From assembly GCA_013265495.1 (NCBI GenBank), contig MU061578.1, forward strand, positions 1,435,308 to 1,499,307: a DNA stretch of 64,000 nucleotides. The letters are read 5' to 3'. Each line of letters opens with the position of its first letter. Positions within the stretch are counted from its first letter, which is position 1. This document shows, one piece after another, positions 1-12,797 of the stretch. Both the position numbers and the translations under genes were made by a program. The notes below the pieces were generated by a model that saw only the letters and a list, made by a program, of their open reading frames with translations, was not told the DNA's origin and searched no databases. This DNA comes from Vicugna vicugna. Lineage: Eukaryota.

Positions 1-19
1 TGAGTTGGATGTCATTACC

Positions 20-162
20 ACCATCAGCCCTTCTATTTTGTGGATGAGGACATAATGGTGCAGAAAACCTAGTTGCCTTTTCCAAGGTCAACCAACTATC
101 AGTTGGTAGAAATGGGACAGAGATTCAAGCAGAGAGCTTCCAGAGCTCAGGGTTTCAACAAC
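20..162 (-). mobile_element. MIR SINE fragment
   Basis: Degenerate reverse MIR core: tattttgtggatgagga...ccaaggtca...gattcaagc...ccagagctc. Confidence 0.6.
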
Positions 163-2119
163 AATTTTGAGTGTTCCAACTTGCATGAAGCCAGGCATGA
201 TGAACCCAAGAGCCACAGTTCAGAAATATCAGACTTTCAGGATGGGTCGATGGAATGGTCCAATTTACTCATTAATCTCTAGGTCTCTCCCAGGCCCAAG
301 GACCATGGTTACAATGAGTCGTTTGCTGCTGTTTTTGCTGCTGCAGTGGCTATTTTATCTCTTATTTCATGACAAAGGCTTCTTTTAACTCACTGTGCTG
401 TATAGAACATGCACCATGCCAGAGAAACCTGGAATCAGGACCGTATTAAGCACGAGCTCGGGGAAACGGTGCACGCTACATAAATCTACCTGGTTCACTT
501 CCCTGACATTGAGTGTTAAACTGTATTAAGCAAAAAAACCTTTCTCTCTTTCTTTCTCCCTTAAACAGGACCACCTGGTGATAACCTCCATTCCCTGTCT
601 CAGATTGTTTTTCTCCTATGCCCACGCCTCTCAAACTTTAATCTCTTAGAGAGTTCTCTGTCTGAGATTTACCAGGATCCCAAAGATGAGGGTCTGGGCT
701 AATAACAATATCCATCGAAGGCACTCCAAAGCCGGATGGAGATTCCTTAGCAGATAGCGATGGTTCCGGCTTATCCTTGCTACCAAATGCTGCCAGAGTT
801 GCTCATCTTCAGAGTAGTAACGCAAGGAATGACAGAGCCTTCCGCCATGGAGAGGATTGATATGCCGCTTAATTTCCTTTGCAGGAGCATCGCAGAGGAT
901 GGAAATCCTTTAGACCAGCAGGCCAAACCCCAATGTTAGGTAGTGCTCAGCACCGTATGTTTGCCTGCTCTGTGATGCTCTATCTCCTCCCTCTTACCCA
1001 TCAAAGGTTCCGACCTGAGATGTGCAAGGAAAAGGTGAACGGAGATCACGGGCCACTTACCAAATGATAACACAGGTGACAATCTAACAACTTATTATCT
1101 TTTCCCTATCAATTACTCCCCTAAAATGACCAATGAAAGAATGTTGATATTTATAGCTAAGGGATACAGAAGAAGCTAGGAGCCAGACAAAGACACATCT
1201 CCATAATGAACTTATGGTCACAAGTATGTGCCCGGGTGAGGAAATCCATCCTATAAGAACCTATGTTTTAAGAATTATGATAAATAATCTTTAAAGAAAG
1301 AGAGACGGAAAGAGAGGGCACGCCTTTGTGGGGTGTCTGTGATAGATGTAGCTACAGACTGAAGGAAGTGGCTAGATGAACAATTAGATAATGAATTCAC
1401 AGGTGACGTCTATTCTGTTATGGACAGTGAAAGAAGGAGTTATTTCCCCTTTGTGGGAAGCGAGCCAGAACAGTGAATATTTATTTGGCAGTGTGTTTCA
1501 GTTGTTTGAAGTAATTAAGCTTCAGTTTTCTATTGCTTGGTTTAGCCAGAGAATGACTTTGGTAACCATGACATTTTTAAGGTACAGTTTCATGGAAAAT
1601 AACCCCTTATCCCAGTAGTTCCTAACTGGTGAATTTCACTGACAGGTAAACCCATTACAAACATATAAGAACATTACAGGGAGAAAGGCGAGGGTTGGGT
1701 GATTGTGGGAGAAAGGCTGGCTTATGTGTGTCATTCCTTATCCCCCGAGTGAAGACAAAACTCCCCATGCTGATTGAGTTCTTATTTTGCTGTGAACTGG
1801 GGAGAAATGGGAATGGTACATCACCAGCCCTCACATGAGTGTTGGAAAAAAAAATTACTGAATTAGATGAGCATTCAAGGCCCCTTCTAGGAAGGTGAGC
1901 GTAAGTGCAACAAATTTAGGTGGATCGTGGACACAAGTGGTTAATGTGGAAGCCACAAATTATCCTGGCTTGGAATTAGCCCTGTGAAATATCTGGTCCT
2001 TCCTATGAATCACTGGAGCTTGACTTTCAGAAGAGGCAAGTAGATAAAATATAACCAGAAACAGAATCCTCTTTTTCTTTTTTTAAGTAACATATATCAT
2101 ATCGACTATCAAGAGAAAA

Positions 2120-2287
2120 TGTGTAGCAGGGAGAAATGAGAATTAGGTTGACTGTCAGTAGATGTGAATTTTAGTCCTTACTCGGTCTCAAAACTAGTGA
2201 TTTAGGGAAAATTACTCAATATGTGAGGTCTCAGTTTGCTCATCTGTAAAATGAATGGGTTGGTCCAGAAACTTAAAGTCCTTCTCT
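2120..2287 (+). mobile_element. MIR/MIR3 SINE fragment
   Basis: tctcagtttgctcatctgtaaaatgaatgggttggtccaga matches the MIR core and MIR3-type tail. Confidence 0.65.
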
Positions 2288-2330
2288 TTTTTTCCATGAT
2301 GGAGGAGGGGAGGAAGCCCTTGACAATTAC

Positions 2331-2365
2331 CTTGGACAGCAGTGCTGTCCATGCACCATCTGCTA
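2331..2365 (-). other. Candidate 35-nt exon of an unidentified transcript
   Basis: Minus strand reads tgttttaatttttcttttcAG|tagcagatgg...tgtccaag|GTaatt: strong pyrimidine tract, NAGNAG acceptor and AAG|GTAA donor. Confidence 0.3.
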
Positions 2366-3854
2366 CTGAAAAGAAAAATTAAAACATGTTTCCCTACATC
2401 AGCCACACATCCATTTGAAGAGCAGTGAATCCAAACCGCTATTATGATTTACATTAAATATTCTGAAAGGCATGCATTGGAACCATGAGTGATGCTTGGG
2501 GGGGGCATTAGGAGGGTTTCTCCCACCTGCTTTAGATGCCTACAGAATGTTCAGTGATTTATATGTAGGTCACTGAACACAATGAGTGTTCTGCTAAACA
2601 GCCTATGCAAATGACTGCACCAATCACTTAAAATAATTAGGAACTTATAAAATGACCATATGTCGTCATTATGAATAATTATATTAAGCCACAAAGGAAA
2701 TCTTCTCTCCCAACCCTCCCCTTGAATCCTGAAGGGAACCTGAGCCATAGAGAGGCAGCAGGTAATTAAACACCAAATTGGAAAAAAAAAAAGAAAAGAA
2801 ATAGAAGCACACAGTTATGGAAAGCAATCTCCTGTAGCTGAGAATGCCTTATACTTGTATCAGCCTGGTTTGAAAGTCCTCATTTAAAAAAAAAAATCTA
2901 TAGAGCAAAAGGAAGAGCTCAGAGAGAACCTGCAAGTCCCATGTGTTTTCCCAGCCATCCTGGGTCAACTGCTCCAGGCAGGAAAGAGAACCTTGGGAAG
3001 ACGTTCCACTCCAGGAGTCATTTACCAGTTCACCCCATCCCACACTTCCTAAACTTGTAGTTTGGTTATTTCAAATGTTAGTTGGCAGTAGGTTGACTCA
3101 TGTTCAGTTGAAATTCCCTAGCATGCTTCATTACCTAACCAATAAAGCAATCTAGCGGGGTTATTGAATCATACACTGCTTGCTCTATTACCACCCTCTT
3201 GTTTTTATTTCGGTATGTGATTGCTCCCCTGGACTACTGCTCAAGAGGGAGATATATGTTTCATAACATTGTTTTAATAAATCATCCTCATCCGCTCTAC
3301 AAGACCCCCACCTTAATACACCAACTCCTCCTAAACGAGGAAAACCAACAAGCAGCCAAAACTATACATCAACATAAATCCAAAATAAACCATGGAGGCT
3401 AATGTCTGTGGCTGTGGATTTTAATTTAATATAGTCTAACAACAGGGTGAAAACTGAAACGACTCATTATTTTTATTTCCTACAGAGCCAGTCACATTGA
3501 ATCCGTATTTCTTTCTTGCCTGACACTAAAGCTTCCTTCCATCTTACGTGTGTGAAGAGTCAACAGTTTTTACATTGGACAGAAGGGTCAGGAGTTGAAA
3601 CATTGGCAAGTCAGGGACAGGGACCCAGAAACATTTGGGAATGGACTAAAACGTCTAAACACTTTAGGATGCCAACATCATCCACTGGGACACGGAGGTT
3701 TAGAAGCACTTCTCATGGATGGCCTGGGTTAAGAACATGTGGGGAAGTTAGCATCTTCTAAGGAACTTATATGGTCTGATCAATCTCAATGGAAGAAAAT
3801 CAAATTTGGGGGAAAAGTCAATTTATCTGCCATCAGATTTCATTAAAAAAATTA

Positions 3855-4212
3855 TGTGAAATCTAAAGGAAAAGACACAAATGAACTTATTTACAAAACA
3901 GAAACTTATTTACAAAAACTGAAATAGAAAACAAACTTATGGTTACCGGGGGGTGGCAGTGGGGAAGGAGTAGGAAGGAATAAATTAGGAGTTCGAGATT
4001 TGCAGATACTAACTACTTATACAAAATAGATAAACAACAAGTTCCTACTGTATAGCACAGGAAACCATATTCAATATCTTACAGTAACCTATAATGAAAA
4101 AGAATATGAAAATGAATATATGTATGTATATGTATGACTGAAACATGCTGGACACCAGAAATTGACACACTGTAAACTGACTATACTTCAATGAAAATAA
4201 ATAATAAAAAAA
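3855..4212 (+). mobile_element. 5'-truncated L1 3' end (artiodactyl/camelid type)
   Basis: gacacaaatgaacttatttacaaaacagaaac...gagatttgcagatac...gactatacttcaat plus A-rich tail; flanked by near-repeat aaaaaatta(ca)tgtgaaatcta. Confidence 0.9.
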
Positions 4213-5169
4213 TTACATGTGAAATCTATGCTTAAAAGGGAGACTAAATTTCTATCCCCATTGATCCATTAGGATTTCCTTAAAATTACATACAATATCT
4301 TTGTAAACAGGATACCATTTGACCAACAAGATACCAGGATCTGTTTTAAATTCTAGGTTCTTAAAAAATACAATAAACGGGTCTGGCGAGGGCTATCATT
4401 TTGGGCAACTATATCAAAACTTTTGTGAGATCTGGTAGATAACATCTCATGCCGGGTTGACAGATGCACAGCGTCTATTTCTAATCCCCTTCCTAGAACA
4501 ACCTATTTTGAACTTTGTAGAGTGGCAGACATGAAAACCCACAGTCAAGAAGACTTGACATCAAGTTGCTATGGATAACATCATTACACGATGGCTTTTT
4601 CCAACCCTGACTTAGTTCTGGGTGACTGGGTATGAGATGGCACTGAGTGTGTGTGTGAGGGGGACTCTGCACAGTTTAGAATCTTTAAATGGAATGGTTT
4701 GAGGGAGAACCAGAAATACGGAATTCATCTTGCCACCAGTTTCTCTGAAAGACGTGAACAGGTTGACTCAATTATATATTTTAAACTCTCCTTCTTTTCC
4801 AAATTAGAAAAATATATTCACCATTTTGTATACATATATGCAATTAGAGAATCCTAAAATGCTGAAAGGATCTGCAAGTGTCCTCAGGCCTCATTCTGTG
4901 CAAAGTTTCCCAAGCTTTAGATGTTTTTATACCATCCTCATGACTTTCAGTCTATCCAAGCATCACCTCTACCTAGAACTTGTTAATGGCATCTTGAAAT
5001 TAACCTTGTTTTTGTTATGAATTACTCACTTTACCCATGTATTAAGAAGTAATATGCATAAAACATAGTTTCCATGGTCTATATATTTTTTCTATTATGT
5101 AACAGAATTAATACCATTATTAAAATATATTAAGGTATCATCAGTAATACGTGTGATTTTTTCTGAAGC

Positions 5170-5312
5170 ACAATTCAGTGTAAATTCTTTCATTTTTCAA
5201 GTAGGAAAACAGTACTCTAGAGAGAAAATAACTTGTTCAAAGTCACATTTTCAATCCATGACAGATTTGGTGATAGAACTCAGGTCTCCTTAAGTCCCAG
5301 TTTTAAACTAAC
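5170..5312 (-). mobile_element. MIR fragment
   Basis: cattttt...gaaaacagtactctagagag...acttgttcaaagtcaca...gaactcaggtctcct. Confidence 0.55.
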
Positions 5313-5390
5313 TCCTCTCTCTGGAGGTGACAGATAACAACTTATGAAGTTACTGACCCAAAGTGACTTAACACACACAGAGTACTGAAC

Positions 5391-5568
5391 CAAGGCTGGT
5401 GTCATAGGTAAATGACCCGCACAGACACCCAGGACCCCACACTCAGAAGGGTCCAGCACTTGGTTTAATGCCCTGCTTTTGCCACCTTAAAATTCTTAAC
5501 AGTTTTTTAGCAAGGGGCCTCAAATTTTCATTTTGGACAGGGCTTCACATATTATGTAACCAGGCCTG
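5391..5568 (+). mobile_element. MER91A-like hAT-Tip100 DNA transposon
   Basis: ctcagaagggtccagcacttggtttaatgc...aaattcttaa...caaggggcc...attttcatttt...attatgtaaccaggcctg follows recalled MER91A consensus. Confidence 0.75.
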
Positions 5569-5659
5569 CCTGGAGGGTGAAAATACAATACAAAAAAATC
5601 TTAAAATAAGTAATCAATAGCCTGACCATACATAAATGATGTATTAAAAAAGAAAAGAA

Positions 5660-7420
5660 ACTTCCAGGTAGCTGAGGTGTTGTAATCCCCAGCACCTTCT
5701 CCAAACTCTATATGGATAAACAAGAACAAACAAACCATGTGAATTCCATACCTTTAGCAGAATTTGAAGACCAAGAACACTATAACTTTAAACAACCTGT
5801 GATTTCAAAAGGAGCATCACATTCCAGCAGAATGATCTCTCCTGAGCTTTGATAAGAATAAGGAGAGTTCATAAAAATACAGGGGAGAGAAGAAAGAGGA
5901 ATAAAGGGGTTAAAATTGAACTGAAATCACTCTGAGAAAGAACATCTGCCTTAAATGTGAAAATACTGAAAAATAGAACTGGTGGTTCAGAGCACCAACT
6001 ATAGAGAAGGGACTCAAAAGGTGTACTTGGAATGCAGGGAGGCAGTATCAGAGAACAATACAATGGTTCTGAGCAGTAGACAGTAATTAGGACAAGAGAA
6101 CTAACCCTTAAAAATAATGAAGTGAACACAAAGCAAGGCGAATGAATGAAGGATCCAGTAAAGCAAAGAAATACAAAAGAAAGCAATACACACAACTCTT
6201 CCTCTTGAACCTCCTTGTTCCCAGTAAAAAACAACCATTAAAGAAAATACACTGCACTATACTGACAGAGGACAGCACCTGTAAACTTGCTCTCTCATGA
6301 ACCACCCTTACCGCCAGCCTCATAAACCAAACGTGATAATCCAAGCCTCCCAGCTAGTGAACATCCTCCTCCAAATCCCAAGCATGCCTCAGAAAGCATT
6401 TGGGAATCTATTAAACACACACACATCGAATCAGACATTCAAATGCGTAAAATGGAGATGGGCAAGACACAGGAAGAAATGAAATGACCACTGACTGAAT
6501 TCATGAATGAAATTAAAAAAAGCAAAAGTATGTAAAAAATAAAGTCAAAATTATAAAGTGCCCAAGGGGCAAAAAAATTAATTAATTAAAAAAAGAGATG
6601 TGATGGGAGTTTAATATAGGCGTTAAAGAAAAGCAGTACAACAATCAAGGAAGAAGGTCACAGACAGTGGAGGAAACAGAAGACAGACAAAGAAGGTCCA
6701 ACTTACGCAAAATGGAAGTCCGCAGGGAAGAGAACACAAAATGACAGAACGGAACGAACATTTGAAACTATAACCCGTTTTGGAATTAAAAACAAAACAA
6801 ACAAACTTCTATTAAATAACACTTGAGTAAAAGGAGAAATACAAAAAGAAGTAAGGGGCTTTTTAAACACAACAATAATAAAAATACTACACTCTAAAAT
6901 CCAGAATCTCAGGATCATATTTAAGACAGAGACCAGAAGAAAATTCATGGGATAAAATAAACACTTTCAATAAAAGTAAAAAAAAAAAAAAAGTCAGTAA
7001 GTGCATTAAATTCCCAACAAGTTAGAAAGAGATGAATGAATTAAAACAAAGAAGTTTAAGGAAGGGATTCATAAAGAGAAAACCAGAAATCAATTAATTA
7101 GGAAAGAGAAAAACAATAGATATAATTACTAAATAAAAATTTATTTTTGGGGAAAATAAAACCAACATAAACACATCAACACTTAATGGAGGAAAAGGGG
7201 GAAGAAAACACAAATATATAAATTAAAAATGATGAGAGGATAACCATTAAAACAAAGTATTTTTTATAAAATCATGAGACTACACCATTCTATGCAAATT
7301 AATGTGAAAATCTTGATGAAATGGAGAATATGAAAGGAAAAAAAAAGAAAGAAAGAAAATCTCACAGAAAGATTGGCCAAAAAAGTGAACAGACAACAAA
7401 ACAAACAAACAAAAACCAAT
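5660..7420 (+). mobile_element. Ancient, highly decayed L1 fragment(s)
   Basis: Strong A-rich bias; 6800-7330 resembles L1 ORF2 downstream of the endonuclease (ctattaaataacacttgagtaaaaggagaaata; aaaatcttgatgaaatggagaa). Confidence 0.65.
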
Positions 7421-8619
7421 AAAAATGCCTCTTAATTATATGAAAAGATGTGCATGGGACTGAGTCAAATACCCCCATTTTATATGGATAAAAAAAGGAG
7501 AGCCCACTTTGTGCAGTAATTTGATTCAATTCATACAACCAGTATAAACAGTAAAAGATCGTACTGATTGGCTCCAAAATGCCTTTTTTTTTTTTAAACA
7601 CAACATCCTGACTCCATCAGTGGTTTATTTACCCTCAACACACCTCTGTGCCTTTGCCTTAAAAATTACAGAATTGAACTAAACAACATCTAGAAGCTCT
7701 TAATGTTATATCATTCTGGGATGCATCTCAAAGACCAAACCTCATCACTGTGCTGACAGGGTCTGACACCACTGGCCACAAAGACCACCTTTTCTGTTGA
7801 AGTCCTGGTAAACCATGGCTTGGTTATCATAGCTTGGGAAGTAATTCAATGACATTCATTCTCTCATGTCCTTCTCATGGTTTGTAGTCTTCAAACTTTA
7901 AGTTCTTTCTCAAGAAAGCTCTACTTAGGAGACAGGGGTCATGAGCTAAAATCTGATCTACCAAATTCAGAAAGGTTGTTTGGTGATGTCCCATAAGAAG
8001 CTTCATGACATCCCTATTTCTGTACAGCAGGAGAATCATTTTCAGACTGGTCCCAACTGGGTGGAGTGACTTTTCAGGGAATAAAATCATACTGCCCTAT
8101 TATGTGAGAGGAAAAAGACAGAAAATTCAAGGAACGACTCAGGCAGTTTGGAAAGGGACTCTGAGTTCTTAGAGCATGAGGACAGCTATGCAGTCAACAG
8201 CATCTCTCAAACACAGCAACGGCATTTCAGGACAGAAGCCGGAGACGGGCATGTCCCTGGCACCGTGGAGGCATCCTTAGAGATTAAACACCCTCTGTCC
8301 AAAGCAGACTGAACATTTTTAGAGAGCGAATAACAATTGTTATGAAACTAGTTCCAAGAGAATTAGATGCCTCATTGACTGAAGTGGAAATGTGAAACCC
8401 AAAGGAAATATTATGCAGATGGTGGGGAATTTAGGAAAAGGGAAATCCTATTCAAATCAGAACAGATACTATGTAGCAGACCTCGCTGACTTATTTTTTA
8501 CTGGTTACTTAGTAAAGAAGGATGGGATATTACTATTAGAACCTTTCTCTGTAGTATGTATTACGCTTACACTAACTTTACAGTATAATAGAAGTGTAAT
8601 TCAATTTTAATAGCCTTGT

Positions 8620-9372
8620 GTTAAGTTGTTGTATTACTGCGAGAAGTCTATGAACTGTAACACACAACTTCAGATCACTGAGATTAACCCAATAGAAGTT
8701 CATTGCTCTGTTGCAACTCTTCCTCGGGTGATTGGTGAGGTGCTATGATCATACGATCACTCGGGGACTCAATCTCTTTTCTCTTGTAATGTGGTGCCCG
8801 AGACGACATTGGGTCCCTCCAAAATTCACATGTGGAAGACTAACCCCCAGTGCGATGGTATTTGGAGGTGGGGACTTTGAGAAGCATTAGGTTGTGAGCA
8901 TGGAACCCTCATGAATGTGACTACTGCCTTTATAAAAGAGGCCCCCCCAGAGCTCCCTCGCCCCTTCCACCATATGAGGACACAGTGAGAAGACAACCCA
9001 TCTATGAACCCAGAAGCAGGTCCTCACCAGATCTTGGACTTCCAGCCCCCAGAACTGTGAGAATAAATCTGTGTTGTTTATAAGCCACCCAGTCTATGGC
9101 ATTCTGTTACAGCAGCCCAAATGGACTAAGACATATGGCATCATTAGAATTGGCCTCCAGTATCACAGGGGATGGAGAACAGACCATGGAGGGTCACACG
9201 GGGGTTTATGGCTGGCTCTGGAAGTGGCATACATCATTTATACCCACTTTCTATTGTCTAGAGTATGGTCACATGACCTCAAGTTACCACATGGGGATTG
9301 GGATACACAGTCTACCTGTATGCACGCCCAGGAGAAAAATAAAATGGACTTGGAAAACACAAGGCATTGTTG
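8620..9372. mobile_element. Old MaLR (MLT1J/K-like) LTR interrupted by a younger MLT1A LTR
   Basis: MaLR-like sequence on both sides of the 8795-9133 insertion (tggaagtggcatacatcatttatacccactttctattgtctagag...ggtcacatgacc). Confidence 0.5.
8795..9133 (+). mobile_element. MLT1A-type MaLR solo LTR
   Basis: ccaaaattcacatgtggaa...gatggtatttggaggtgggg...aataaat...cagcagcccaaatggactaagaca; 5-bp flanks tgtgg/tatgg. Confidence 0.85.
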
Positions 9373-11999
9373 ATGCTGCAGACTTGTTAAAATTTCTGCT
9401 TCTGCATAAAATTCCAAGTTGAAAGAGCTTCTTTATATATTATGTTATTGATCCTGAATACGGTGGGACCACTCTGGCTTTTGCTTTTAAGATGCTGCTG
9501 CCTGGAATGGGCAGATCAGCTGTCTCCTCTACCCAGCTTATTTCTGACTGGGTGTGCTACACATGACCTTAACTCCACACACCTGATAAATGTTTCATCA
9601 GTGTTTCTCGCAGAGCTCAGCCAGGGCAGGAAATCATTGGATCTTAGGGGAGGTACATTCTACGAGGGATGCTATCTTTTCACATACTCAGAATTCAAGC
9701 CAACTGCTGCACTGCTGACTTTCCAACCTAAGTCCCAAAGCAAAGGGTCTGCAGTCAGATGGGTGACCTGTGAGGTGGGAAGTGCACAGCCATCTGACTT
9801 TCAGATGAGATCCCTAAGAGTCAATAAGCCCTTTTTAGAAAAGAAACTGCTGACTAAGCGATCCTTTTCCTTCCGGCCTGAAACATGCTCTCCTCAAATC
9901 AATTTCCCGCTTGCAGTCAATACTGACCACGACCCTTACTGTGACCTCATTGTCCACTTCTACTGGGCGGGCTTTCTCTCTCTTATTTCCAGCAGTTTAA
10001 GGAAGGTGCAGGATGTGCAAGCCACAGTGCAGAGGCACCCCCAACTCCTGGAAAACAGCCCTTTCTCTACTTTTGTGGACCCCTAAGTGAGCACAGAACA
10101 CCACTTTCTTCATCATGTCCCCATGGGTCATGGAAATGAGCATCTCAGTTAATTTTTAGAGGCTTCCTGGCTCACATAGTCTGTTTTGAGGATCTCTGGG
10201 CTCTGTCTGAAACGCGGCTACCGTCTTTTAAGGGACTACCTCGCTTTCCCATTGTGTTGCCTCGCACCTGCTCTGTGTCACGAAAACGTCACTTTCTCTT
10301 GCTCTATGTCATGAACACTTTGGCCCTGAGTAAGTCCAAAGTTAGGTGAAGGATGCTGGCTGGGACATTGGGAAAGCCCATCATCATGGGGTAAGGTGGC
10401 CTGGACCCTTGTAATATGGCAGGACTTGCAGTGGGTTAAGAATTACCTTAGACCCAAGAAGCCCTGGCTCCTCCCTGGGTCCATCCTTGAGAGCTTCTCA
10501 TTCTGACACTCACTGCCCCATGAGTGAGGAGTCCACAGGGTCAAGGGATGCCCACCTGGACCCTGACTCATCTCAGGGTACCTGGGATCACAACGTTTTT
10601 TGCCAAAGTAGACAGCCCCACTCCAGGTCCTGCATATGGACTTCTTTCCCAGGCATGCCCTCCCCAGAGAAGACTGCACCACTTATGTGTGCATCCCCAT
10701 GCCAGAGAGCACGGGGCAAGGAGCAGCCACTGGGGAGGGTGGACAGAGCTTGCAGGTGCCGGATGGGAAGTCACACACACGTGCGCAAAGTCCCTCACTC
10801 ATGGTGCCTTTTACCAATTCTCAGAGGAACCTGGCCGGTAGCATTGGTTTTAGAGTCAAATACACTTTGGGTCAAATTCCAACTCTGCCACTTATGAGCT
10901 CTCAACCCTAGAACCAGAGGTCATGGTACTGTTGCTGTGGTTTCCTGCATCAGCTTTGCACCCTCACCTGGAAAATGCTGATTGTCTCAATAGGAAGGGC
11001 ACTTTGGGATTTACATCATACAAACCTGGACAATGGCCAAAGAGGGCTCCCGTGGGGCACAGAACATAAGGGGCATTTGAGAAATATTTCTGGCTGCTAT
11101 TTGGTGGTTGGAAACACAGAAAATATGGCACATTTAGTGGAAAACCTATCTATACATTTTGAAAGTTGTTGTTTAAGTGGGAAGAAGAACTACTATAGGG
11201 TGTGCTTTGGGAATGTTAGAATAGGAAGGTGTTACACAGACAGAAATGATCATTAGTGCCAACTGTCTGGCTTAGATTCTTGCTAAGGATCAGTTCATTT
11301 TTGCTCATCCTGGAAACACTGCCTGTCTCTCTGTCCATCACCTCACTCCTTAAAACTCTACATCCAGGACCCTGGGACAAGTTGCTGGACCACAGAAATG
11401 GCTTGAGAAGTGTGGTGGCTCATGGCCCACCATCCATGGTGTTTAGAATCATGGTTTTGTTTTGCATCAACCCTTAGGTGAGTTAGGAAGGTAGCAAGGG
11501 CCTTTTCTAACTTCTCTCCTTTGTCATTTTTCTCAAGAACAGACCAAATCTGCTAGAGCCCTTAGCTCAGAAGTGAAATATATCAGCACACTTACTAATG
11601 AACACTTTTGGAGGGGGAAAACCATGACCGCTCTGTAGAGTCACATCCTGTATTTCACATGAGTAATATATTTGAGGTGAAAGTAGCCATAGTTTATCCA
11701 TGAAAGAAAAATCCCCCATCCAAGCTGTTAAAAATACTGCTAGTGCTATTTCTCAAGCAGTTGCAGAAGAACACTAGGTGACAGTAACTCTAAACCCCCC
11801 TGAGCTTAGCTCTGGGCGATTCTCTCGATTTCTCTTCAAAAAAGCTTATAGATAAAAAACATTCAATTACTGTCCAGTCGTTTGCCACCAGTATTTACCC
11901 ATGGGCTAGAATGGAGGACGGGTACCCCTGGTTCCATCAATCAGTGATTTATCAGGCTTGTTTCCTGTCTTGGAAACTACAAGGGAAAAAAATACAGAA

Positions 12000-12400
12000 A
12001 ATTACGAATGGGGGGAAATGTACATTAAGGAAATGTAGACCTATCGATTAATTGCAGCCGTAGACCTTATTGGAATTTCCATTCAAGTAAATCAACTTTA
12101 AAAATATGTGAAATAAGTGGTAAAATGTGAACAGTGTTCCTGATGCCAGGTGAGGTGTGATCACGTCTGGGAAATGGACCTACTCTTTCAGAGATACATC
12201 CTCAAACACTTAGGGATGAAGTGTATGATGCCTGGCCCTGGCTTCCAAACAACCCAGGAACATGGAGGAAATAAGCGGGAGTAGGACACAGATGGAACGC
12301 AATTGGTCGTGAGTTGATAATTACTGAAGGAAATGTGATGGTTCAATTTCTATTCCCTACTTGATAAATACTTGTTGTTTCGATATATGTGTATTTGTTG
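12000..12400 (+). mobile_element. Old L1 (L1MC/ME-type) 3' UTR fragment
   Basis: cagagatacatcctcaaacacttagggatgaagtgtatgatgcctgg...gagttgataattactgaagg. Confidence 0.55.
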
Positions 12401-12703
12401 AAAGATGTTCCTGAGAGAAATTAATATTTTCATTTACTTCCAAAAACTATTAGAGAGATGGAATTATCATCGTTCATTTGTCTGCTCTTTGGAATTCAAT
12501 CCTCATGAGACCATCCGTGTATGACTTGGCACCGCGAATCCAAAACGTGTTTTTTTCAACAATGCATCCTCCTTTCAATCTATTTGTTGTTCCACTTATG
12601 TTGAAATGACAAGATTTACCCCACACGTTATGAGTTCACACGTGGAGTATAAATGTATATTCATACGAGTTTTAAACTGATGTCTATTCGGCTGTTCACT
12701 CAC

Positions 12704-12797
12704 AGATATTACCACCTGCACTGAAATTGGAATTCTAGAAAGCTCCGACGAAGCCATTTCAATACGGATGGAAGTCAGCTTTGGGCAGTGATGCCTC
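12704..12797 (-). other. Candidate 94-nt exon of an unidentified transcript
   Basis: Minus strand reads tccagtttcattttcactttttgcactAG|gaggcatc...aatatct|GTGAGT; several retained CpGs; one open frame; internal gaaATGG. Confidence 0.35.

Noticed and set aside
9442..10086. Longest ORF (214 aa) with a hydrophobic N-terminus
   Set aside because: No recognisable homology or supporting gene structure; a plausible chance ORF in 64 kb.
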